DNA of 64,000 nucleotides, taken from an uncultured Methanosarcinales archaeon (GTDB lineage: Archaea > Nanobdellota > Nanobdellia > Woesearchaeales > JAGVZT01). The stretch spans positions 28,189 to 92,188 of the forward strand of contig CAYUHF010000003.1 in the NCBI GenBank assembly GCA_964444505.1. Direction: 5' to 3'. A program made the position numbers and the translations under genes. A model generated the notes under the pieces. The model did not search any database. It worked only from the letters and a program-made list of their open reading frames with translations, and had not been told where the DNA came from. The stretch's first letter is position 1. Every line of letters starts with the position of its first letter. Below are positions 56,471-64,000 of this stretch, one piece after another.

Positions 56471-57147
56471 TTTCAATTGTTGTTCCAGCTTACAATGAAG
56501 AAGATAGAATAGAGCCTTTTCTGGACGATTTGTTTGAATCATGCAAGGATCTTAATAGAGAGATTATTTTTGTTAATGACGGAAGCACAGACAACACACT
56601 AAAGATTATAAAAGATGTCTCAAAGGGAAAAAAGAAAACAGAGATAATAAGTTATAAGAAAAACAAAGGGAAGGGCGCTGCTGTAAGGAAGGGTGTACTT
56701 GCATCAAATGGAGATAAGATAGTTTTTATTGATGCGGATGGCTCAATTCACCCAAGACAGATAAAAAAGATGGGTGAGTTACTTGACAATTATGAAGTTG
56801 TTGTAGGAAGCAGAGCCCATAAAAAATCTGATGTGACCCAGCCAGGACTTAGAAAACTGACAGGTATTTGTTTTAATACCTATGCAAATATCTTATTTAA
56901 CATACGAGTTGATGACACACTTTGTGGTTTCAAGGGATTCAAGGCAGATGTTGGGAAAAATCTTTTTGGAAAATTGAAATCAAGTGGCTGGACTTTTGAT
57001 GTTGAGCTGTTTTATCTTATCAGAAAAAAAGGTTACTCAATGTATGAGATGCCAATAAAGTGGGTCCACAAAGAAAAGTCAAAAATGAATATTCTTGACC
57101 CTGTGAAAATGGCTTATGAACTCTTGAGTCTAAGACTCAAGATTTAG
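56467..57147 (+). CDS. GT2 polyprenol-phosphate glycosyltransferase
   Basis: The motifs are MISIVVPAYNEEDRI, VNDGSTDNT and DADGS. The ATG at 56467 overlaps the previous stop (ATGA). Confidence 0.8.
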   Translation: MISIVVPAYNEEDRIEPFLDDLFESCKDLNREIIFVNDGSTDNTLKIIKDVSKGKKKTEIISYKKNKGKGAAVRKGVLASNGDKIVFIDADGSIHPRQIKKMGELLDNYEVVVGSRAHKKSDVTQPGLRKLTGICFNTYANILFNIRVDDTLCGFKGFKADVGKNLFGKLKSSGWTFDVELFYLIRKKGYSMYEMPIKWVHKEKSKMNILDPVKMAYELLSLRLKI

Positions 57148-58445
57148 AGAAACTTCATGACTTTTGCTAACTTTGTTACTGCTTTTCCTATTGGTCCTGA
57201 CTCTAGTTTTATTGCATCATACCTGCATATCTCATGGCAGCAGTAGCAGCTTACGCATTTTTCTTTTGTTAACTCTGGTTTTTGTTTCATTTGTATTGCA
57301 TCAACTGGGCAGATATTTGCACACTCTCCACAGCTAACACATTTGCTCTTGAATTTTGGTTTTTTTGTGACCTGTGCAAAGAAAAATCCTATTAATGGTT
57401 CCGGGATAAACTTCTGCAGACTTGTGAATGCTTCTGCTTTTTTGAAGTTGAGGTTTTCAATTTCTCCGTCAATTTCGATTTCAGGGAGCAGTTTTCTCTT
57501 GATTGCCTGCTGGGTTACTGCTGTGTGTCCAAAGCCCATGACTTTTTCTGCTACATAATCTAGTGCATACCCGTCTTTTGATGCAATGATGTAGCTGCTT
57601 TTTATTGGTTTTCCTCCTGTTCCCGGACCGTTTCCTTCAAGTCCAATAACACCATCCATTATTGAGACAGACGATTTATTGGCCTCATAGATATCTATCA
57701 GAAGATCTGCAAAATCATCTACTTTTGAATAATGATGGTATTTTTGTTTCTGGCCTCCTGAAATGCAGCCGAACATGTTCTTGACTGCTCCCGTCATTCC
57801 AACCAGAGAGTGTGTTTTTAGTTTTGGAAGATTTATTATGTAATCCACTTCATCCAGGATTTTTGGCCGCATTATTGTGTGAAGTATTTCTCCCTTGATT
57901 TGTGTGGTTTCCTGTTCTTTGTGCTCAAAAGGAAAGATTTCTACATCTTCCTGCCTGCAGACTTCTGCTATGCCTGACTTTTCAAACGCAAGCTGTGTTG
58001 CTCCTTTGATAGTATGGCCTGAAGAATCTGCAACAACAATCTCACATTTCTTTTGCTTAAAGTATTTGATTACTCCCCTTAAAAACTCTGGGTGTGTTGT
58101 TACTGCTTTTTCCGGGACCACTCCTGTAAGTACATTTGGCTTCAAAAGAATCTTTGAATCAGAAATATCAAAGTCAATCTTTTTTAATAGTTTTGAAACT
58201 GTCTTTTTTGTTTTGCTGTAATCCTTACATCTCTCTAGTGCAACTTTGATAATATCACCTGATAAAAACACTGTGCTTGGGTTTATAACTTTTTCTAGAT
58301 ACCTTTGTTTTTCATCCTGCCAGATGGAGGTTCGGTGTTTAAGGGATGGCAGCCTGTTTTCATGGCTGACAGTCTGTGCAGGGAGGAAAAAGTAGAGTTG
58401 TAATCTGTTACATTCTTTATATCCAAAATTCGCTTTTTCCAACAT
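57144..58445 (-). CDS. DUF362-like domain protein with two C-terminal 4Fe-4S ferredoxin motifs
   Basis: The motifs are CVSCGECANICP and CVSCYCCHEICR. The N-terminal start is uncertain. Confidence 0.6.
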   Translation of the reverse strand: MLEKANFGYKECNRLQLYFFLPAQTVSHENRLPSLKHRTSIWQDEKQRYLEKVINPSTVFLSGDIIKVALERCKDYSKTKKTVSKLLKKIDFDISDSKILLKPNVLTGVVPEKAVTTHPEFLRGVIKYFKQKKCEIVVADSSGHTIKGATQLAFEKSGIAEVCRQEDVEIFPFEHKEQETTQIKGEILHTIMRPKILDEVDYIINLPKLKTHSLVGMTGAVKNMFGCISGGQKQKYHHYSKVDDFADLLIDIYEANKSSVSIMDGVIGLEGNGPGTGGKPIKSSYIIASKDGYALDYVAEKVMGFGHTAVTQQAIKRKLLPEIEIDGEIENLNFKKAEAFTSLQKFIPEPLIGFFFAQVTKKPKFKSKCVSCGECANICPVDAIQMKQKPELTKEKCVSCYCCHEICRYDAIKLESGPIGKAVTKLAKVMKFL

Positions 58446-58475
58446 TATTTAAATTTTGATTGATTTACATTCTTC

Positions 58476-60119
58476 ATGCAAGGCTTTTACAAAGAGATAA
58501 TCAAGAGAATCAAGAAAGAAAAACCCACAAAGAGTGAGCTCTCTAAAATAAAGCTTAAGCTCTGCAAAAAGTACAACATGCAAAAAATCCCCAATGATTA
58601 TGACATCTTTATTCATGCAGATGAAGAGGATTACCAGAAGGTCAGGTATCTTCACACAAAGCCAGGAAGAACTTCTTCCGGGGTTGCTGTTGTTGCTCTT
58701 ATGACAAAGCCTTCAAAATGCCCGCACGGCAAATGCACTTACTGTCCTGGTGGTCCTGATTCAGAGTTTGGAGATGTACCCCAGAGTTATACTGGAAAAG
58801 AGCCTGCTTCAATGAGAGGAGAGAGAAACAATTTTGATCCTTATCTTCAGGTTTTTAACCGGCTTGAGCAGTACACTGTTCTCGGGCATAATTATGACAA
58901 GGCAGAAGTTATTGTTATGGGCGGGACATTTCCTTCGCTTTCCGATGACTACAAGAGAAACTTTGTTGGCTATACTTTCAAGGCTTTTAATGATTTTTCT
59001 GATTATTTTTTCAACACCTCTATAAATTTCTCAAAATTCAAGGAGTTTTTTGAACTTCCTGGAGAAATTGGCTCTAAAAAAAGAGTGGAGAGCATACAAA
59101 AAAAAGCTCTTGCAATGAAAGGTGAAACAGACTTGAAAAAAGAGCAGGAAAAAAATGAAAGTTCAAAAATAAGGTGTGTTGCTCTGTGTATTGAAACAAG
59201 ACCTGATTACTGCAAAAAGCCTGAGATAAATGACATGCTTGACTACGGCTGTACAAGGGTTGAGCTTGGTGTACAGAGCCTAAATAACAATGTTTTAGAG
59301 TATGTTGAGCGCGGACACAAAGTTGAAGACAGCATATATGCAACAAAGCTTCTGAAAGATTCTCTTTTCAAGGTTGGTTACCACATGATGCCTGGTCTTC
59401 CGCTGACATCAGAAAAAGAGGATAGTGAAATCCTAAAAAGATTGTTTTCTGATGATGACTTCCGGCCGGATGCTCTCAAGATTTATCCATGCATGGTGAT
59501 GCCTGGAACCAAACTTCATAAAAAATACTTAAACGGTGATTTTGTGCCGATGACAACACAAAAGGCAGAAAGAGTAATATCCGAGTTTAAAGAACATGTT
59601 CCTGAATACTGCAGGATAATGAGAGTGCAGAGAGACATCCCCACAAAGGTTATCTCTGCTGGTGTTGACAGGACAAACCTCCGCCAGAGAATCCACAGGA
59701 AAGATGTGAACTGCAGGTGCATAAGGTGCAGGGAGCCAAGGGGAAAAGAGATTGACTGGAATAATGTAGAAATCAATGAGAAAAAATACAAAGCTTCTGG
59801 TGGTGAAGAGTATTTTATCAGTGCAGAACAGGATGATACACTTATTGGTTTTTGCAGGCTGAGAATACTAAATGAACCGTTCAGAGAAGAACTCCATGGA
59901 GCTGCAGGCATAAGAGAACTTCATGTTTATGGAAAGCTCGCTCCAATACATAAAAAAGGAAAAGTGCAGCACAGAGGAATTGGCAAAAAACTTATGAACA
60001 GGGCTGAACAAATAGGCTATGACAAGGCTGAAAAGATTGCTGTTATCTCTGGTGTGGGAGTCAGGGGATATTACAGAAAGCTTGGCTACAAAAGACAAGG
60101 TCCTTATATGATAAAATGA
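58476..60119 (+). CDS. elp3: Elp3-type radical SAM/GNAT tRNA wobble-uridine modifying enzyme
   Basis: KCPHGKCTYCPGGPDS is the radical SAM motif. The C-terminal GNAT motif is HRGIGKKLM. The length (547 aa) fits. Confidence 0.85.
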   Translation: MQGFYKEIIKRIKKEKPTKSELSKIKLKLCKKYNMQKIPNDYDIFIHADEEDYQKVRYLHTKPGRTSSGVAVVALMTKPSKCPHGKCTYCPGGPDSEFGDVPQSYTGKEPASMRGERNNFDPYLQVFNRLEQYTVLGHNYDKAEVIVMGGTFPSLSDDYKRNFVGYTFKAFNDFSDYFFNTSINFSKFKEFFELPGEIGSKKRVESIQKKALAMKGETDLKKEQEKNESSKIRCVALCIETRPDYCKKPEINDMLDYGCTRVELGVQSLNNNVLEYVERGHKVEDSIYATKLLKDSLFKVGYHMMPGLPLTSEKEDSEILKRLFSDDDFRPDALKIYPCMVMPGTKLHKKYLNGDFVPMTTQKAERVISEFKEHVPEYCRIMRVQRDIPTKVISAGVDRTNLRQRIHRKDVNCRCIRCREPRGKEIDWNNVEINEKKYKASGGEEYFISAEQDDTLIGFCRLRILNEPFREELHGAAGIRELHVYGKLAPIHKKGKVQHRGIGKKLMNRAEQIGYDKAEKIAVISGVGVRGYYRKLGYKRQGPYMIK

Positions 60120-61018
60120 TAAAGCCAGAGTTTGAAAAAAGGTACAGGAAACTTCTTGGAGAGAGGTATGAAGAGTTTATTGAGATCTCAAAAACATATC
60201 TTAGAAAGAGTATAAGGGTAAACACCCTTAAAACAACAGTCAATGATGTTAAAAAAAGGATGAAAGAGTGGAGTTTTGAGCCTGTACCCTGGTGTGAAGA
60301 AGGGTTTTTTGTTGAGCATAAGAATAAGAGAAGGGATATTGGGAACCTTTTAGAGCACACTTTAGGTTATATTTATGTTCAGGAGGCTGCATCTATGATC
60401 CCTCCTGTTGTTCTTGACCCAAAACCAGGGGATATTGCGCTTGATATGTGCGCATCTCCCGGATCAAAATCAACACAGTTAGCCCAGTACATGAAAAACC
60501 AGGGTGTTTTGTTCTGCAATGATGTTAATGCAGGCAGGATGGCTCCCTTGGATATTAATCTTCAGCGTTGTGGTGTGAGAAATTCTGTTATCACATTAAT
60601 GCCGGGAAGAGTTTATTCAGGTACATTTGACAAGGTTCTTGTTGATGCTCCTTGTTCTGGAACAGGGGCAATAAGAAAGTCATTCAAGACTTTTGAGATA
60701 TGGAACCCTGATATGATAAAAAGATTATCTGCAACCCAAAAACAGCTGATCAAGACAGGCTACAGGATTCTATGTAGAGGCGGGACTCTTGTATACAGCA
60801 CCTGCAGTGTCGAGCCAGAAGAAAACGAGGAAGTTGTCCAGTATCTTTTGGATAATACAGATGCTAAGCTTGAGAAAATTAATCTTGATATAAACCCGAG
60901 CCCAAACATCAAAAGTTTTCAGGGCAAAACTTATCCTGATATTGACAGAACTCTTAGAATATGGCCGCAGGATAATAACACAGAGGGATTTTTTGTTGCT
61001 AAAATCAAAAAACCCTAG
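60116..61018 (+). CDS. NOL1/NOP2/Sun family RNA (cytosine-C5) methyltransferase
   Basis: The motifs are DMCASPGSKS, DAPCSGTG and YSTCS. An ATGA overlap joins it to elp3. Confidence 0.8.
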   Translation: MIKPEFEKRYRKLLGERYEEFIEISKTYLRKSIRVNTLKTTVNDVKKRMKEWSFEPVPWCEEGFFVEHKNKRRDIGNLLEHTLGYIYVQEAASMIPPVVLDPKPGDIALDMCASPGSKSTQLAQYMKNQGVLFCNDVNAGRMAPLDINLQRCGVRNSVITLMPGRVYSGTFDKVLVDAPCSGTGAIRKSFKTFEIWNPDMIKRLSATQKQLIKTGYRILCRGGTLVYSTCSVEPEENEEVVQYLLDNTDAKLEKINLDINPSPNIKSFQGKTYPDIDRTLRIWPQDNNTEGFFVAKIKKP

Positions 61019-61731
61019 AGGTTTTCTTCATTTAACTCAAACTTGATTATACTGTTGATCTCTTTTTCTGAGATTGCACAGCCATTTAGCTTAGCTCCCC
61101 ACAGAACTGATTCCAGCAGTGTCTTGTTAAGGTCTGGGACCTGGCATTTTTCTTTTTCTGTGACATAGAACTCAAGAAGACCCATTTCATAAGCTATTGT
61201 CACAAGCTCAACTGAGCGGATTACCTTAAGGTCTTTAAACATTTGTTTTAGCTTATCAAGGTTGTGTTTGTTTACAGAAACTTTTGTGTGGAGTTTTGAT
61301 GCCATGAGCTCCTGCAATTGATCTGGTTTTTCAATCAGGTATCTTGTGGTTCTCTCATCAACAACAATTGCGTTTGAATTCATATGAAGTGCAAGTGCAA
61401 CTGCTCCCACTTCTCCTGAATGCACAATTTTTACATCATGACCTTTTGCCCTGAATGTTGAGTTTGCTACTTCTATTATCTGTTGTGCTTTTTCTCTGAC
61501 TTCCTTTTCATCAACTTCTTTAAGGACTCCTTTGCATATGTATTTTAGGACTTGTAGTGCTTCAAACTTGTATTTTCTTGTTTTTAATGGTTTATCTACA
61601 AGCTCATTTCTGACCTCTGGGCTGATGCAGAACTCACCATTGAATTTTGTCTTAAGCGGCTCTAGAATCCAGAGCAGGTTATTCAGACTCAATGTTATAA
61701 TTGGGCCGGCATCAAAAACAAGACTTTTCAT
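61015..61731 (-). CDS. PIN-like domain protein
   Basis: LVFDAGPIITL is a beta1 Asp motif. IVVDERTTRYL follows later. Confidence 0.45.
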   Translation of the reverse strand: MKSLVFDAGPIITLSLNNLLWILEPLKTKFNGEFCISPEVRNELVDKPLKTRKYKFEALQVLKYICKGVLKEVDEKEVREKAQQIIEVANSTFRAKGHDVKIVHSGEVGAVALALHMNSNAIVVDERTTRYLIEKPDQLQELMASKLHTKVSVNKHNLDKLKQMFKDLKVIRSVELVTIAYEMGLLEFYVTEKEKCQVPDLNKTLLESVLWGAKLNGCAISEKEINSIIKFELNEENL

Positions 61732-62267
61732 TTAAACAACTCCCTTGTGTATTTTACTTTCTCAACTGCATCAGGTCTTTTGTAGTTGTAGTCAATAAAC
61801 TCTGTTTTTCCAACATAATTCATTAGCTCCCACTGTGATATTCCCAGGATATTTGCTGCCTGTCCAAGCGAGATTCCGTGGTCATATATTTTTGTGCTCT
61901 TTTTGATTTCTGCCTGCCTTACAACCTCTTCTATGAAAAGCTTGAGTCTTGAATCAACATCAGCTATGTACTTGAATATCTGCTTTATGATTGCCTTATA
62001 GCTTTCAACATCATCTTTCTGCAAGAACACAACAGCATGGTTCATAAGCTCTTTTATTTTCTCTACTTTTGGTTTTCCTCTTTCTAAGATTTTTGATAAA
62101 GAATAGATAATTACTGCAATAGAGACAGAGTATTCATCCTGGAAAATACTTGCATTGTGGATTGTGTGGTTTGATAGTCTTTTAAGGTAAAAGAAATCCT
62201 GTTTTTCAATTATACCCAATGCCTCTTTTATAATGCGTATGATATCCTGCTTCACTATATCATTCAT
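61728..62267 (-). CDS. Hypothetical protein with a C-terminal HTH-like segment
   Basis: ISLGQAANILGISQWELMNYV is HTH-like. The gene sits in an overlapping operon with the PIN gene. Confidence 0.45.
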   Translation of the reverse strand: MNDIVKQDIIRIIKEALGIIEKQDFFYLKRLSNHTIHNASIFQDEYSVSIAVIIYSLSKILERGKPKVEKIKELMNHAVVFLQKDDVESYKAIIKQIFKYIADVDSRLKLFIEEVVRQAEIKKSTKIYDHGISLGQAANILGISQWELMNYVGKTEFIDYNYKRPDAVEKVKYTRELFK

Positions 62268-62386
62268 AAGAAGAGTTGAACAGCCTTTTCTTATAAATTT
62301 TTTGTAAATTAAATCAGCTGCTTTCAGCCCGACATTCTGGAAAATTAAAAGAATCTAAGGTTGATGCTCTTGAATCTGAATCATTA

Positions 62387-63322
62387 TCAATCAACAAAGT
62401 ATACAGGCGTTAATCTTAAAAAATCATAGAGGATCTCTTCAGGGTTTCTCGGCCTCTCCTCTTCAATAAACTGCACAATCTCAGTTATATCCTCTATTCC
62501 GGCAGTGGAGAAACATTCTGCAAAGTCACGCAATACACTGCTTCTGATCCCCAGATGCGGAGTGGATTCAGATTTATGAAAGTATCCTTGTCTGCCTCTG
62601 AGCCATGTCTTTTCAATAATTATACGATCAGGATCATCTTGTCTTATGACTTGCGGGGATCCTTCAATATCATCTACATACACAGCAAGCTCAAATAGTT
62701 CATCCAGGTAAGATGATGAAACTTCAAATTGTAATATTCTTTCCTGACCTTTCTTGTGACCCCAATTCGATCTCCAAAGCATCCATAAGAGAGATGTTTT
62801 TAGCCAGGACATCCTGTCCAGCCTAAGTTTCTCAGAAAAACTGTTTCCATCCAGGTATTCAGGTGAAAATGCCATGAATAAAGCATAAGTGTCCTGGTCA
62901 GCACGAAGAAATTTAAAGAATTTTCTTGATGAGAACTCTTCTATTGGGTAAGTCTCCAACTCCTCAATCCTCCCATTAAACTCTTCTCTTAAATCACATG
63001 TGATTCCAAACGTATGTGTGGGTCCTTCTTGCTTTACTTTAGTTCCAATATTTTTTTCCAGCCAATCAATAGTGCCTGGTTGAACATAAAAAGCAACTAA
63101 TCTGGCATATGCATCTGGATTTACACCTGAAGGTCGATAATCTCTTGCATAGAGTGGATTTTGTGTTATCCAGGTGTCTGGATGACTCCTAACAGAATGC
63201 CCATTAACTCTATAGCAAAGTCTACCATCAGTCACTCCATTTGCTGCCATAATCTCTTCAGCTTCGATTTCAGAACAGCGTCGGTACAACACCTCAACAG
63301 TTCCATCAAGTGTCTTTAACAT
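62387..63322 (-). CDS. Hypothetical protein (312 aa)
   Basis: The ATG at 63322 is preferred over the GTG at 63331. The promoter carries a TATA box and the ATTACTACGTA palindromic motif. Confidence 0.55.
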   Translation of the reverse strand: MLKTLDGTVEVLYRRCSEIEAEEIMAANGVTDGRLCYRVNGHSVRSHPDTWITQNPLYARDYRPSGVNPDAYARLVAFYVQPGTIDWLEKNIGTKVKQEGPTHTFGITCDLREEFNGRIEELETYPIEEFSSRKFFKFLRADQDTYALFMAFSPEYLDGNSFSEKLRLDRMSWLKTSLLWMLWRSNWGHKKGQERILQFEVSSSYLDELFELAVYVDDIEGSPQVIRQDDPDRIIIEKTWLRGRQGYFHKSESTPHLGIRSSVLRDFAECFSTAGIEDITEIVQFIEEERPRNPEEILYDFLRLTPVYFVD

Positions 63323-63337
63323 ATATACCACATAATA

Positions 63338-63377
63338 ATTACTACGTACAAGTAATCATAACCCCTATATAAATATT
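63338..63377 (-). promoter_or_regulatory. TATA box (63366-63377) plus an imperfect palindrome ATTACTACGTACAAGTAAT (63338-63356), the promoter/operator of the 62387 gene
   Basis: The site shares ATTACTACGTA...GTAA with the giant gene 1 promoter site at 17722-17738. It lies ~10 nt downstream of the TATA box. Confidence 0.4.
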
Positions 63378-63657
63378 AAGAAATCATACGCATTAAAATT
63401 AGTGAGCAGGGCAATTGGAAACCGTAAAACATTAAAAAAACTAATCCAACCTCCCCTCCTTTTGGAATATTCTTATCAGGCTAAGTGTATTGCCCATTAA
63501 CAGTCAAACATGTACAATATCTATTCTGTCATCTTGTTTTTATTTCTTCCAAGCGAAATCTTTTTAAATTTACTCCAAATACAGAAACCTAATGGCAAAT
63601 TGGTTTAAGAACTTTTTTCAAAAACTCTTTGGGAATTTCTTTAAAAAGAGGGGGCAG

Positions 63658-64000
63658 ATGAAATTGGGACTTTATGGTCCTCCTAATGGCGGAAAGACTA
63701 CTCTTGCCAACAGAATCTGCAAAGACTGGCTCGGGGAAGAGATGGGTTCTGTTTCTAATATTGCTCATGAAACCCGAGAGATCCAGATAAAAGAAGAAGT
63801 CCACATCAAGTCTGACGGCAAGGAATTGACTTTTAACATTGTTGACACACCTGGAATTGCCACAAAGATTGATTATGAGGATTTTATCAAAGTTGGTATG
63901 AAAGAAGATTTGGCAAAAGAGCGTGCAAAAGAAGCCACAAAGGGTGTAATTGACGCTATCAAGTGGCTTGATGACATGGACGCTGTCATTATTGTTCTTG
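63658..64000 (+). CDS. P-loop GTPase, partial (runs off the window)
   Basis: G1 is GPPNGGKTT and G3 is DTPG. The ATG at 63658 follows AGAGGGGG, and is preferred over the in-frame ATG at 63592. Confidence 0.65.
   Translation, partial: MKLGLYGPPNGGKTTLANRICKDWLGEEMGSVSNIAHETREIQIKEEVHIKSDGKELTFNIVDTPGIATKIDYEDFIKVGMKEDLAKERAKEATKGVIDAIKWLDDMDAVIIVL

Noticed and set aside
63589-63804. 71-aa minus-strand ORF
   Set aside because: It is antisense to the partial GTPase gene, whose P-loop and DTPG motifs are read on the plus strand.

Overview
This AT-rich window looks archaeal and resembles a DPANN-type genome. The evidence is an AglB/STT3 oligosaccharyltransferase, Elp3, a geranylgeranyl-reductase-like flavoprotein, TATA-box promoters and SD-led starts. 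The window has two parts.

(1) Positions 1-24280 are almost entirely minus-strand and form an island of secreted cysteine-rich surface proteins. Two tandem giant paralogues (1418 and 1733 aa) are built from 3 and 4 copies of a ~270-aa, ~810-nt module and end in a CARDB-like domain. Three smaller paralogues share a 105-aa Cys-rich C-terminal domain ending NGQEVYG. A TSP3-repeat protein, an acidic secreted protein and an N-terminally anchored protein with a PT-rich tail complete the set. Embedded in the island are two tandem HTH-MNT/HEPN toxin-antitoxin cassettes (one HEPN broken by a frameshift in a C5 run), a 3-gene cassette ending in a stand-alone caspase-like peptidase, a plus-strand 2H-phosphoesterase/metallophosphoesterase fusion, and two copies of a 60-nt scar derived from an MNT gene 5' end.

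(2) Positions 24614-57147 are a large N-glycosylation and surface-glycan locus. It contains AglB, four GT2 polyprenol-phosphate glycosyltransferases, four GT4s, GT-C-like polytopic membrane proteins, a Wzx flippase, two epimerases, four class I SAM methyltransferases, a B12-radical-SAM enzyme and a complete GDP-D-glycero-alpha-D-manno-heptose pathway (hddA-gmhA-gmhB-Nudix-hddC). After it come a DUF362/ferredoxin protein, Elp3, an NSUN m5C methyltransferase, a PIN protein, two hypotheticals and a partial GTPase.

A GC-rich, highly base-paired 370-nt spacer (25655-26024) is a candidate structured ncRNA of unassigned class. Many ORF-track entries are H/S/L-rich alternate-frame artefacts of the Cys-codon-rich genes and are not reported as genes.
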